Assembly: GCA_010356995.1 (NCBI GenBank)
Contig: ML996698.1
Span: forward strand, 431,923-495,922
Length of the DNA: 64,000 nucleotides
Direction of reading: 5' to 3'
Source of the DNA: Trichodelitschia bisporula
Taxonomy: Eukaryota
Shown: positions 40,000 through 53,819 of the stretch, one piece after another
Layout of the letters: each line of letters opens with the position of its first letter
How positions within the stretch are numbered: the stretch's first letter is position 1
Translations under genes and position numbers: made by a program
The notes under the pieces: generated by a model
Seen by the model: the letters and a program-made list of their open reading frames with translations, nothing else
Database searches by the model: none
What the model was told of the DNA's origin: nothing

Positions 40000-40650
40000 A
40001 TGGCACTTCCAGGCCAGAATACTCCTCTGTGCCGCTTGGTACCTATCAACATGCGCGACGACGATGAATTTGAAGAACTCCAACGCCAAAGGCTCAGGTG
40101 TGGCTATGCCTCTGACGATGCTACTCTTAATGATTGGCGGAAGGCAACGGAGGCGGGCACGAAAGTGATCTTTTGGATTTGTTGTGCCAGCCAGGCTGAA
40201 GGGGACGGAACCCGCGGTGACATCGTAGGCCATATAGCTCTCAACAGCCAAACCGATCCACCAGACCCCAGGCTCGCCAAAGCGGACAAGTCAGTCCTTT
40301 ACATGTCGACATTTTTCGTTTTTCAGGAACGGCAGCGACAAGGCATTGGTCGCGCTGCTCTCTCACTGTTGGAAGAGGAGGCCGTGAGAGAGCCATATGG
40401 ATCTCCTATGTGTAAGGCTATTACGGCGGACACGCTGAGCAAAAAGTACACAGACTGGGATGGTCCTCAATGGAGAGGCTTATGGCCAAGGTTGGGATTG
40501 CCGAAGCCACCCAAGGGGACAAGTACGGAGATTTGGTACAACAAGCTGGGATGGGAAACGTGGGCCGATGAGCCTAAGCTCAACCTCGAACTAGGAGATG
40601 GAAGCAAGGTCATGGTGAACCTTGCCCTCTTGAAGAGGAGGCTGCAATAA
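40000..40650 (+). CDS. GNAT-family acetyltransferase
   Basis: Acetyl-CoA motif A FFVFQERQRQGIGRAAL and WYNKLGW. ATG at 40000; possible 5' UTR intron 39925-39974. Confidence 0.82.
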   Translation: MALPGQNTPLCRLVPINMRDDDEFEELQRQRLRCGYASDDATLNDWRKATEAGTKVIFWICCASQAEGDGTRGDIVGHIALNSQTDPPDPRLAKADKSVLYMSTFFVFQERQRQGIGRAALSLLEEEAVREPYGSPMCKAITADTLSKKYTDWDGPQWRGLWPRLGLPKPPKGTSTEIWYNKLGWETWADEPKLNLELGDGSKVMVNLALLKRRLQ

Positions 40651-40961
40651 AGGAGGGGATCCGATGTCTGTATGGAGTTGTAGAGGCAATATTGGTCGAT
40701 CTGGATGCTGAAGCTTCCGGAAATACAATGATGCGGGTGCGGTCCTAGCGCAGCGTTAGGCCAAGAGGCGCGGATTATTCTCGGAGACCCTTGGACAGGC
40801 TGGATATCTCGGCGCTGTGGAAAAATCTCGCGCAACTACACGCTTGCACATTACCACTACCACTCTTCCTCTGATCTCAGCACTCCTCTGTACTTCGATC
40901 GCACTGGCCCCGCAGCTTCATGGTTATGCCCAAATGAATCGAGAATCCATTTCGTCCTCTC

Positions 40962-43226
40962 ATGCGACGCGCTCGAATTGCAAATGCGGTCTCTGTCTCG
41001 AGCGCCGAGCTGCCCATCCTCCCGTTTCTTGCGCCCCGAATCTTTCATCCCGCCCTATACCGTCAGCGAACTCGTCAGCGGCACTCGAGTGTGCACGATA
41101 AAGATAGACTGAAGGACAGAATTGGTGGACATCTAAGTGCTGTGAGGTCCGCTGGACCCGTGCATCACACTTTGGAGGCACATACCGCCCCGATACCCTG
41201 TCGTTTCGCCCGCCACCTGATCGAGACCTCAACCTCAGCCCAACCAGATGCGCATCTCTACGGTTCAGGGATATCAAGAGCACAGACAGGCAAGAGAAGA
41301 TTCAGCCAGAGCCATGGAAGGCTCTTCGGCGAAGCAAGTGGGCTACCTGAGGTGGATGCGCCCGGCCCACCGCATGAGCACATACAGCAACCTTCTCTGA
41401 ATGCGGAGCCGGAGAGAACTTCGGCTTTCCAAGTCAAGATCAAGCGTTGGAAGATACGGACGCCTGAACCTTTTTGGGCCCGCAGCCTCCAACTATTGCG
41501 CGAGCGAAGGGCAAGGGTAGCATCTCCATCCTCACCTATGAGACGCCTCAAGTTGCCCATCGATGACAGGGCACGGGAATGGGCATTGCCGTTGATGGAA
41601 TGCGCACGTCAGGACCAAAAAACGATGCGTGAAACATGGGAAAGGCACTCCCTTGATGATAGACGAGCAATTTGGCCTCATGCTATGCTATGGCTTGTCG
41701 AAGCTGACCCGCAGGTGGCTTTGACGGCACTGGTAGCCACCTACTCTCTGGAATCGGCGCCGCCTAGCATGGCGACGGATATATTGGAGCATCTGGTGCT
41801 TCACTTCCTCATCGGCTCTGAGCGTGACGCCCTCGGGCATCTTTACTCTGCCATTATACACTTTCTCGAAAATGGCCTCAAAATCCGCAGCGTCCCCATC
41901 GCTTTGGTTGCGGACCGGAGCGATCCCGAGAAGGCGCGGCAGCTCTATCAAATCATCCAAGAAAAGAACATCTCCCTTGCTCCCGTCGCCCTCAAAGCCA
42001 TTGCTCATCGAGTTGCGATCACCGGCGACTTCGACCTGGCCTTGAAGATTATCGAGAAGGTCGCATTGCTTACAGGATACACATGGAAAAGGGGTGATGG
42101 CCTGGCGGCGAAGATATTGCGTTACAGTCTCAAACATCCTGAGGGCTATCATGCCTCTACCGACATTTTGGCTCGTCTCGTGGACATGGGGATCAAAATC
42201 ACGATAACGGCTTACAACGCTCTCATCGGGAATGCCGTGGACGTGGGAGATTTTCCGACCGCTTTTAGAGTATTTGAATTTCTCCAAGAGCATGGCATCG
42301 AGCCCGATAGCGTGACCTACAACGTCATGCTCACAGCCTGCGAGTCGTGCGAGGAGCAGAGCGTCGTGGAAGACATGCTGACGAAAGCCCGGGCTTGCAT
42401 TGAACGGGATCGCTCCGATAGACTTGCAACTAATTTCCTCCACTGCTCTCTGTTGTACCACCAGCGCTTTTTCTCAGCGAGCCAGTCTAGTGCGAAGTGG
42501 ATCTACGCCCGGGTGCTCCGTCAATATCTCACCTACTTTCCGCCGTATCCTTTGTTTGACCTCGGTCTGTTGGACAAGAACGATCTGCCCTCCGACATCG
42601 TCAGTATCATTGACAATGGCATGAAGCTGGATGTGGATTTTCAGCCCGTCAATATCGTCCTCATGGCCTTTCTACGGGCCAACACGGACTCGGACCGGCT
42701 TGTGCAAGTCTACAATGCTTTTCAGCGTAATGCGCGCAGTGGCGGATGGCTCATCAATCTTTGTGCCTATGACACGACCTACAATCTCTTCCTCATGGCC
42801 TTTGGCTTCGATTCGAAGGCTGTTGGGCTTTGCCCGGAAATCGTGCGGCACATGACGGAGCCATATCCCACCGACAGGATCCCCGAGAAGCGCCCTAGGG
42901 GCACGTCTGAAATTTTCGCGAGGCCGACGGTGCAGACATGGTCCATCCTACTTCATGTCTTTGCCTGGCAAGGACATACTGCCGCGGCCAACAAGGTCAT
43001 GGACTTGATGGAGCAGCGTGGCACCCAGCCGGATGATGTCACATGGAACATATTGATTAAAGGCTATGCTACAGCTAACGATGAGGAAGGGATTTTAGAG
43101 GCATTGGATAATATGCGAAAGAGTGGGTTCGCATATGACAAGTTCACGATGAAAGCAGTGGGTCGCATGAACAACAAGGAGGCGTTGTTCAGGGTGTTGA
43201 AGGAGACAGCGGTGTCGACAGAATAA
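40962..43226 (+). CDS. Pentatricopeptide-repeat protein, probably mitochondrial
   Basis: PPR units (ITAYNALIG.., PDSVTYNVML.., PTVQTWSILL.., PDDVTWNILIKGY) and basic N-terminus with LPILPFLAPR. Confidence 0.9.
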   Translation: MRRARIANAVSVSSAELPILPFLAPRIFHPALYRQRTRQRHSSVHDKDRLKDRIGGHLSAVRSAGPVHHTLEAHTAPIPCRFARHLIETSTSAQPDAHLYGSGISRAQTGKRRFSQSHGRLFGEASGLPEVDAPGPPHEHIQQPSLNAEPERTSAFQVKIKRWKIRTPEPFWARSLQLLRERRARVASPSSPMRRLKLPIDDRAREWALPLMECARQDQKTMRETWERHSLDDRRAIWPHAMLWLVEADPQVALTALVATYSLESAPPSMATDILEHLVLHFLIGSERDALGHLYSAIIHFLENGLKIRSVPIALVADRSDPEKARQLYQIIQEKNISLAPVALKAIAHRVAITGDFDLALKIIEKVALLTGYTWKRGDGLAAKILRYSLKHPEGYHASTDILARLVDMGIKITITAYNALIGNAVDVGDFPTAFRVFEFLQEHGIEPDSVTYNVMLTACESCEEQSVVEDMLTKARACIERDRSDRLATNFLHCSLLYHQRFFSASQSSAKWIYARVLRQYLTYFPPYPLFDLGLLDKNDLPSDIVSIIDNGMKLDVDFQPVNIVLMAFLRANTDSDRLVQVYNAFQRNARSGGWLINLCAYDTTYNLFLMAFGFDSKAVGLCPEIVRHMTEPYPTDRIPEKRPRGTSEIFARPTVQTWSILLHVFAWQGHTAAANKVMDLMEQRGTQPDDVTWNILIKGYATANDEEGILEALDNMRKSGFAYDKFTMKAVGRMNNKEALFRVLKETAVSTE

Positions 43227-45658
43227 CAATCACCACTTTACTTCCATGTATGAGAACCGGCTTGATACGCTTCATTTGGACCTTGTTCCAATTACAGATG
43301 CCGATGCTATACAGCGTTGTATCCAGCCCGTCAACAGGACAGCATTGGCGCATCGCGACGGTTTCCTATAAGCACTACAGCGAGGTTAGCACTACAGGCT
43401 GTCAGAGTTCAGCCGAGCCAGCGTGAGATGTCTGCAGCCTGGTGGCAACCCCTTCTATCTCCCGGCGGGCCGGGCGGTGGTACTCGTCAAAATAGCCTAT
43501 GCGGTGCGAAACCTTGGGAACTATGTGCCACAAGGGGAGGAGAAAGCGGGTTACCATGTGCATGGGAAAGGTTAATTGGACAGCCGAGACTAGCGCGGCG
43601 TGCTGTTCAAAGGTTTGCAGACCTCCAGTCACGCTTCAAGGCACAGCATAAAGGAGTAGAACAAAGAGACGAGAACTAAGGGAAAACCAAGGCAGCTACT
43701 GTGCATCTTCGATGCAAGCAAGCGTGCCTCGCGACTGGTGTCTGTCAGATGTTATGAGAGGGGTGTTGTGGTGGATGCATTGCATCTCGGGTCTTTTCTT
43801 GGGTGCGGGCCATATTTGCGTCATTCTGACGTGCAGGAATGCTGGCGCGATAGCCCGCACATCATATCGATAGTAAAGTGATTGTGGCTTTTTCTACATT
43901 GAACCATTTGCCGAAGCATTACCACATATCGCCGATGATAACCTCCCTGGGCGATAGCCGTTCCGTGCCGTTGGATTGGCGTCCACGTTCTTGCCGGACG
44001 AGTGGCACGAGAATTCGGGAATATATCGAGCAACACCATCCCGTCATCGCAACCGGTAAGCCGGCGCGGCCGGGTTGCCTACACGGCATGAACACGCCCT
44101 GTCACGGCTCTGCGGGTGAAGAGACTAGATGATGGTGAGTGCATTGTTGGGGTTCTATCGACAACTCTAAGTTAGTGAAGCTGCAGGCTGACAGGTAGCC
44201 AAAGGCGAGAAATGCTAGTGATCGAGCTGTCCATGCGAAACCTGAACTCGGAAGGTGGAGCGCACGGGAAAAACTCTGTCGGCCTACATCGAGCTGACCT
44301 GCGCTGTGCCGTACGTGGTGTTCAATGCAGTTTCAAGTTTTAGACGTCGGTGTGAACAGCAGAGGGAAAGTTGCCCTGTCCTTTGACGTGCATTGCATGA
44401 AGCTGAGGGCATGCAGAGGCTGCAAGCGCGTACTACGTACTTCTAACAATCGGTCACACTTCAAGGAAGCTCTGTCTCTTTTGACGCCGTCGTCTCGAGC
44501 GGAGACATCTGGTCCCCTTTCCGATGGCGTTGTCTTCCCACCCTGCCAACTCACCGGAAACAAATGGCCAAAAAGCTGAGATGTTTTTCTGTGTCAAGCC
44601 TCTCTCTCCCATTCGCTGTGTCCCCTGAACCCTTCATTCGGGAGAGGGCAGCCGCAGCGAAAAGCGGGTGCCTGGCGGGTTGGCGGATCTCCCGAGGCGG
44701 CTGCAAGGGGCTGAGGGCCATGGGAGGCGGCGCTCACCCCATTGGCACAGCCTGGGCGATGAAACGGCAGCCATGATCCGTTGTGGAGAAGAAGACAGCG
44801 AAAAATGTGAGCGAACATCCTGAGAGGAAAAGGCCCGTCTTGTTCTTGTGGAGAACTTGATTACTCGAGCATCGACGATATACTTGTATGTCTAGACACA
44901 CGGCTCGACCTATGCCCAGACCATAGACTATTGCCAAAGTCCACCGAAAACTCCGGACAAGATGCAGAAGCGAACAAAGACGGACCGTTAACCATTGTGT
45001 CCATCCCCGAAGCGGCAAGGCAAGCGTTCAACAGCTGCTCGCCAACCCCTCCGAGCCTCATCCGCGGATGTCGCCGCACGGCTAACGTGCGCAGCTTTGC
45101 CTTCTCCCGGCTGACAGAAGTGGGTCGCAGTTGCTCGTTGAAAGTTGTGCTTTGCTGCATCAGGAAGGGATGACCCACAAGTCACAAACGCTGCTTCCCC
45201 TTCAGCTCCCCAAGTGTGGCAGGAACGACTCTTCACTGGCCACGTCAGATCCAGCCACACCGGGGCGGAGGCTCTCTTGTGGATTCATGGTGCATGGCGC
45301 ACGGGCCCGGATTGCGTTTCTTTGCTCCCCCCCTACCCCATCTCTCCACCCTAAAGGAAGCGCTTTGTCTCGCCATCCAGCTAAGAGTACAAGAGCCCCC
45401 AGTTCGGTATCTTCTTAAAGCACCCTTCTTTCCCTACCACCACGAGCTTGACGCTTCGTTAGATCACATTCCTTCAGCTGTTCACGGTTTATCACACTCC
45501 TTTTTAGAAACCAGACCACCACAGTCCCTCTTTTACGCAAACTATTCATCAGTCGCTAGCCGATTTTTGAATATTCCCTCTCTGTCACCGACAAAACCGT
45601 TCGGAACAACACCCCCTCACCAAAAAGAACAAAAGGATCATTCCAATCGATCGCCAAA

Positions 45659-46393
45659 ATGAAGTCCGCTATCATTGCTGCCTCTTTCCTGGCCTCGCTC
45701 GCCATCGCCGCCCCTCTCCAGAAGCGCGCCTATGTCTACGAGACCATCACCGAGGAGACGTGGGTCACCGTTACTCAGTGGGTTGATGGTACATCTGCGA
45801 CTCCCGCGGCTGGCAACGGCTTCTTCGAGGGTGGTCGTCCTGCGCACCGCACTTCAGCCGCCGCTCCCGAGATCACGGCTGCGCCGTCCGTCGCTCCGGC
45901 TCCCGTTGCCTCACCCTCACCCGTCGCCGCCGTGGAGCCCGTCAAGGTGCAGCCGTCCGCCTCGCCTGTCGCCGTCCCGAGCGTCGCTTCGGTTGCTGCG
46001 CCTGTTGCTTCTGCTTCTGCCTCGCCCGCCTCCACTTACTCTACCGGCTCCTCGTCTTCCAGCGGCAGCAGCTACTCCGGCACTGGCGAGATCACCTACT
46101 ACGATGTCGTTGGCGCCGCCGGGTCTTGCGGTCGCCAGGGCTCCCCGTCCGAGAATCTGATTGCACTCTCCGTGAACATCATGGGTCCTCTGAACGGCGG
46201 CAACTCCAACAACAACCCGCTGTGCGGCAAGACCATCGAAATCACGTACAACGGCGCCACGCACACCGGCACCGTGTACGACACGTGCCAGGGATGCGCT
46301 ACTGGCGACATCGACCTCACTCCGCAGCTGTTCCAGGCCGTTGCTCCCAACGGTGACGGGCGCGTCCCGGGCGTGTCGTGGAAGATCCTCTAA
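45659..46393 (+). CDS. Secreted expansin-like / RlpA double-psi beta-barrel protein (Asp f 7-like)
   Basis: Signal peptide, Kex2 site KR, Ala/Ser/Pro linker and C-terminal GEITYY..GSCG..NPLCGKTI..DTCQGC..IDLT domain. Confidence 0.9.
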   Translation: MKSAIIAASFLASLAIAAPLQKRAYVYETITEETWVTVTQWVDGTSATPAAGNGFFEGGRPAHRTSAAAPEITAAPSVAPAPVASPSPVAAVEPVKVQPSASPVAVPSVASVAAPVASASASPASTYSTGSSSSSGSSYSGTGEITYYDVVGAAGSCGRQGSPSENLIALSVNIMGPLNGGNSNNNPLCGKTIEITYNGATHTGTVYDTCQGCATGDIDLTPQLFQAVAPNGDGRVPGVSWKIL

Positions 46394-48032
46394 GTCAATT
46401 CGCTACATGACTTGTAGTGATGGGGAGTTTCGGCGAGATGTGCTGCGAGGTGTTTGCCAATTTTTCCGGTGTTATTGTTAGACTTATACCCACTACCACT
46501 GGCGCCGCAGGTTCAGCGCTACTTGAATGACCCGATGACGGCTAGTGCTATGCATTTAGTAGGAGTTGCGATTTAGCATCCTCTCCACGTCGTCAGGATG
46601 CGCCGTGTTGGTGAACTGGACTGTCCCTTGATTCGGGGAGCAGTCCTTTTACTTCTCAGAATAAAAAAAAGCTCACCACTTTGTGCATGAAGTCTTGTTT
46701 CCATGGTTGTGATCGTGACTGTGATTTAATAAGCATATTCCCAGCTCTCGTCGATGAGAAGGGATGGAACAAATACTGGATGCACGAATGACGAGTCGGC
46801 TAAATATAGGTCACAGACTCGACATCATAGGCTAGCTTGGTTCATACGGTAGGGAGAAGGGAGCTTTTCCTCTTTGGTCGGCCATGTGGAACGGTGAAAC
46901 TGGAGTGGGGAGGAGGGGAAGCCGCAGGGTCTGCACAGCCTCTTGCGGCTTGCTTTTGTGTGCAGCTTTTGCCCTTTTTCTATATTCTGCTCGGAGGCAA
47001 GTGACATGCATGGACAAAAGAATACAGTAGAACTAGTTTGGGAAGCCCTTTTTGACATCGTCAATCTTTGCAGCTTCTTCATCTTGCTCAATCAAAACCA
47101 TGCTCAACCGAGAGCGACTCGCCAATTCAGGATATTCCAAGTTCCGCCCGAAGTTCCTAACCCGAAGCACGTTTAGTTAGGGGTGGCGCCTCAGTGCCAA
47201 CTCATTCATTCATTATTCGCAGTTACATCCGTACTCGCCTTCTTCCTTTGCCGGTGATTCCCTATTTCGCCGAGCCTCCTTAAACAATAATATCGCGCGC
47301 CCCGTATCTGTCTCGTCTCGCGCGAATACTCGTGTCTCTGTCTCTCTCTCCCTCTCTCTCTTCGCTCCGAGCTGTCAGTATCCACAAATGCGCGCCTTTG
47401 ACCACACCCCACCACTAAGCACTAGGCCATCCAAGCCTCAACCCCTAAAAATTGTCCCGTATTATCGTAGCCTTGGGACGTTGATCATTTGAAAGCGACT
47501 ACTCTACATCCGTACTCTTCCTTCTCTTCTCCTCATTCTTCTTGTTCTTTTCGCCTTCCAAACATTTCTCCGTGGCCCTGCGGCGTCCTGTGACACTTGA
47601 CAGCAACACTGACCACTCTACGTCCCTACCCCTCCCATAACCCGGCCAACTCTTCCCTTACGCTTCCGCCCAATCTTCTAATTCTACCCTCTGCCCGATT
47701 CTCGTTCAACTCACAACCGGCAAGCAACACAATCACCTTCCTCATCGCACCGTGGCCACCACGGCCAACCCCAATCATCTCTTTCCAGACGGCGACCACC
47801 CACAAAACGCATCGCTCGCCCCGCCCCTAGTCGCTTTGAAATTACTCTCCTTTCATCGCGCCCCTATGGGTTCGCTGTGCATTCCACTCTTTACTTCCGT
47901 CGCAAGGTAGTCTAGCAGGTTTGCACCCACCCCCCGTCGCAGATTCGCGAGTCGCGCGACGCGACAAGCCACGGCCTCGCATTCCGGCCTCTACTGCTTG
48001 CGGTTTACCCTCTGGCAAATTAGCCTTTCAAA

Positions 48033-49213
48033 ATGTCCAATTCTACGGGTGAGTCCCATCATCTCCTGCCTGACCTCTCCTCCCCACCTCAAACCTAACC
48101 ATGTCGTCCTCAGTGATCACCACTACTCCTGGGACAACAGCTCCCCCTCCGACCACACTCACGACCACGACTCCTACTCCAACTCCCACTCCCACCCCCA
48201 CCCCCACTCCAAACCCGCCGACGACACCAACCACCACCACACCACTTCCTTCTCCGGACACTACCTCTTCTATAATCCTGCCCGCAGCATCTCCGACAAC
48301 TGAGATCGTCACATCCGTCGTCACCGCGGGCCCGTCGCAAGGAACGTTTGCGATAACTATCATCACCACCACTCGCACAAACTCCGACGGTCAAGTTTCT
48401 ACTGGACAAGCGACCATATCATCACAACCTATCTCTTCAGCCGGTTCCGATTCAACACTTAGCGGCAACAATGGAAAGAAGAGTTCAAGCAATGGGGGCC
48501 TATCGGCGGGAGGAAAGACAGCCATCGCCGTTGTAATACCCGTCGTGGTTGTAGCCATTTTGGTTCTGGCCGGTCTGTTCTTCTGGCGGAGAAGGAAGCA
48601 GCAGAAAGTGGCCGAGGAGGAGCGCCGAAAGGAGATGGAGGCCTACGGCTACAACCCTAACCATGACCCAACGCTCCCTGCCGTTGGAGGATTGACCGAG
48701 TCGGAGATGGGTGGGGATCAAAGTGGATATCGCGGATGGGGCACGACACCCTCGAATCGCAACCCTTCGAACGCGCTATCTGCAGGCGTCGGGCTCTCCG
48801 ACAGCGGCCATTCCCCGGGATCGCCAAGCCACGCGACGGTATCCGACCACAACTCGGGCGACCCGCTCGTGGGGCAACGACGCACCACCATGGACTCTGA
48901 AACCATTGGAGCGCTTGGATCTGGGCCTGCAGTCGTCGCTGGTCGCGCTGACATTCGCCGTGGCCCCTCGAACGCATCATCACATTATTCAGTTGGTGAC
49001 CGATCAACTCACTCTGGCGATGCGCCGATTCCTGTTCCTAACCATGAGTATTACACCGACAACGCCTACTATCAGCCTGGTCCCTACGAGCCTGGATATG
49101 CTCCCGGTCAACAAGCTGTCATTCGCGACAATCCTGCGAGGCGCAACACGAGGATCCAGGAAGCTCAGATCACACCCCATCAAGGCGCGAGCGGTATCGC
49201 ACAGAACTTTTAG
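48033..49213 (+). CDS. Thr/Pro-rich single-pass membrane protein (cell-wall-sensor-like); 2 exons
   Basis: Short exon MSNST (ATG 48033) and intron 48049-48113. Mucin-like ectodomain, TM AIAVVIPVVVVAILVLAGLFFW followed by RRRK, cytoplasmic GYRGWG. Confidence 0.8.
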
Positions 49214-49997
49214 TTGGGGGTTTGCACCTCTTTGGACATGTTTTTGATACTGTACTTGATTGCTTTTGTGTTCTGGGCAGGAGTACTGGAATATTTCCCT
49301 TTGCTGAGCCTTGGTTACATCTGGTATACGGCTATCCATGGACTGACGCCATTCCCCTTTGTCAAAGATATCCACCCTCTCTCCATCGTTGAGAAGCATC
49401 TAAACCTCATATGTTGCTTGTAGCGTCTATTGGCGCATATGCCATCTTCGCGCGTTAATTCTCTCTTGTTCACATGCGTGGATTGCAATCTCGAGCTGAA
49501 CAAGATCAAATACATGTACATCACTCTCGCTCAGCTTCCAGTCTATCAAGTACTGGAAGCTGGTTTGCATCAATACCAAAGTTATAAGGCCTTCCGAACC
49601 GTGCCATTGGGACTGCTTTCGTTTCCATTTCTGTGAGCACATTTGCGGAGCTTGCTCCTACCAAAGATTTTTGTGTGGCGCTTTGCCCGTTGCGCTTTCC
49701 CTGTTGCCCTCCCAAGATTACCATGTTGACGCATCCTTTGCAGCCAGAGACTGTCACCAGCCTTCTCCAAGCAGCCCGGATTGCTGGTCTCAACATACAG
49801 GCGCTTTCTTCTCAACGCTCTCGTCCCGCTTACTCTTCAGCGGGCTCCGCATGCAAAAGGCGCCTGTGACCAGCAGTCTGGGATTCTATTTGGTTTAGTA
49901 TTGATCACAGTATATCTTACTCTCCATCCTTGGACTCTTCTCTACCCGCCCTCTGACCCTCACGCTCGAACCGTTCTCCCCCTTGTCTGTCGACCCA

Positions 49998-51339
49998 ATG
50001 GATCTTATGCAGCGAATGGCAATGCAATCGATCGATAACGCCCTCTTTGCCTCTCATAGCACGCCAGATCCTTCGACACACTACTCATCCAGCTCGTCCT
50101 CTTCCACCGACTCCTCTGTCTCGCCCTCGTCTGCTAGTGCCTCTGATGAAACCCGGACCGAATCAGCCACGACCGAACCTACGATAATCGACGAAACATC
50201 GCAATTCGAGACTGCAAGCATAACCTCTCAAAGCTCCGCGGAGGACTTGAATGGTACTAAGTGGCGGGGCAAAAATGCGGTGGAACGCATAACCAAAGGC
50301 GCCCGAACGCACTACTACGAGCGCAAGCTGGTTCGTATGGCGAGGCGAGAGGAAAAGCTTCGGTACAAGGCGCAGAAGCATGCCCCCGTAATCAGTGGCA
50401 CTGGTGTCCCGGACAAACAGGGTTCGAAACGGCAACGCACTGGAGAAGCGAAGGCTGTGAAGAGACTGCGTATTATCTCTTGCTTAGAAGCTATCATGCT
50501 TATTCCAGTATGTCCATGGCACTTTCAACCTGGCTTTCTAACATTCGGCATAGAGAAAGCGGACAAAGAAAATGAGGGAGAGCACGAAAAAGCATTCCCG
50601 TCATCCAGTTTACTTCCGCAAAGCAAGTGGTCGCCAACAGCCGAGCTCCGAGTTCGTGGGACATGTGGTCAGGACCACGCCTCAAGGCAGCGGAGACATT
50701 TTCGCAGACGGGTTTGGGAGCACGACTTCCCGCAGTCCAACCATTCTCGTTCGAAGAGACGTCGACCACCTGGCTCAGCAGAATGTCGGTGAAGCATGGA
50801 CTAGAGGGCATGTAACTGTCGTCGAGACACCTCTTTCTGCACTCGAAACAAGGCTGGGAGAGGTGGAAGAGCAAATTGATCATCTCCAGCTAGAATTGCA
50901 GCACAAGAAGGAAATGAAGGAGTTGTTGCAGCGCCATCGCAAGGAAAGGAAACGTCTGGAAGGCGAGAGGGAGAAGCTGGTCAAGGAACAGCAACAGCAG
51001 CAAGAGGGGACGAAAGTCAGCGGAGGCGTGGGACACCTATATCACCCTTTTACCTATTTCGGCTGGGGCGGGGATAAGAAGAAGGGAAACGGAAACAACG
51101 AAGTGCTGGACCAAGTTATCGGAGACCTTGAGGTGCGTGGAGATGGGTCGAGCGATGACGAGGATGTACGAACTCCACGCAAGAGGGCGACGACTTCGGT
51201 GAGGAAAGTCGGAGGTCGCGGGGCAGAGGTGATGGGCAAGATCGAGGAGGTTAGGTCGGAAGATATGGGGATAGAGGAAGCACGAGGTGCAGCAGGAGGA
51301 GATGCTATTGGAGGGAATACAACAGGAGGTGAGATATGA
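49998..51339 (+). CDS. Hypothetical protein with coiled coil; 2 exons
   Basis: A phase-0 intron 50508-50553 (GTATGT..CTAAC..TAG) joins the 49983 and 50572 ORFs in frame. No family recognised. Confidence 0.65.
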
Positions 51340-52003
51340 GGGATGCTCTCATCAGCGGTGCTGAATGGGGTTTACCAGGAGCGTCTCCTCATGTTCAGCT
51401 CAAGTACCTAGAAAATGCACCTTTTGCGTTAGCAGTAATGTGCCTTGCTATGTAGCGGTGAGGCTGGGGCAGTTAGTCGAGTGGGGAAGACGGGCAACAC
51501 ACAAGGCTGATGAGGGGAATAAGGTTAATGGAGGGGCCCCGGACCGTGGTATGTACCCTGTACGGTAAGCTTCGGGTTCCGGATTGCGAGGGTGAGATCA
51601 GCCAATAATGGGAGTGAAAAAGGAGCTGACAGCCGGGGGGAGAGGGGAAAGACTTGTGATGAACATTGCCGACCGAACAATTCGCCTCCGGCTCGTACAT
51701 GAAAAAGGCGTTGCAAGAGTTTCGAAACGGTGTCAGGAAGGAGAAAAACTCGCCCTTCGCCACTAGTTCTAGGTACGCAGAGGAAGGCACCTTTTCGTCT
51801 CTGCTGCTTGAACCATCAAAAGTTCCAGAACTCGTATCTGACAATTCCCACCTCGACTCAGCCCAAACGGCCGCCACGGTATCGATTCTCACCCTCCCCT
51901 TTACTACTTGAACCCTCGCAGCCGCCCACTCTCTACCAACTTCCCAACCTTCTAGATTCTCGCCCCAAGTCTATTTCAACCATTCCGGCCACTCAGCTCG
52001 ATC

Positions 52004-53166
<1,163 letters not shown>

Positions 53167-53819
53167 TGAGAGGAGAGATATATAGGTGGGAGTCATGCAC
53201 GGCGTTTGGGGGAAGCGGGGACCTTTGGGAATCACTTAGGATTTGGGATGCGCACGTTGCTTTGCATTCATCGGATGAGAAAAGGCCTATCCTGCATCTC
53301 TATCTTGATGGTGTTATGTGTACCTGCTCTACTAGACGATGTACAATGGACAAAACGAAAGATTCGAAAGGCATGGTCGCTTGGAGTGCTCTACGTACCG
53401 TATGGAAGAAATGAATATCAGATGAAAACAGATGGTGAAGTACACTTCAGTCCGTATGTTCCGTAAGCAGCAATAATAGAAGCTTCCAGTCGCCAAAGTT
53501 CAATAATGAATGGCAGAATGGCGATGACTGGCAGAACGTGGCTTGCTCCGCGAAGCTGTCGCCTTGTGGCGGGGTTGGTGTGGCCGTGCACCTTACTACG
53601 TTGGAACCGCCTGCTCAATATCAGGAGGCTGGCCTTCTCATTGCTAACTCTCTCCCACAAAACTCTTTCACTGCAAAAGTACCTTTCCACGGTTATAAAC
53701 TAGCTCCCCGTCCCCGTTTCTACAACCCACGCTCCTGGTTCGCACGTCGCCTTGTCGTCAGCGACCTTGACGGCAGCCTTTTCCCCGCAGGCACCTACCC
53801 CCCCGCAACACCATCCACC

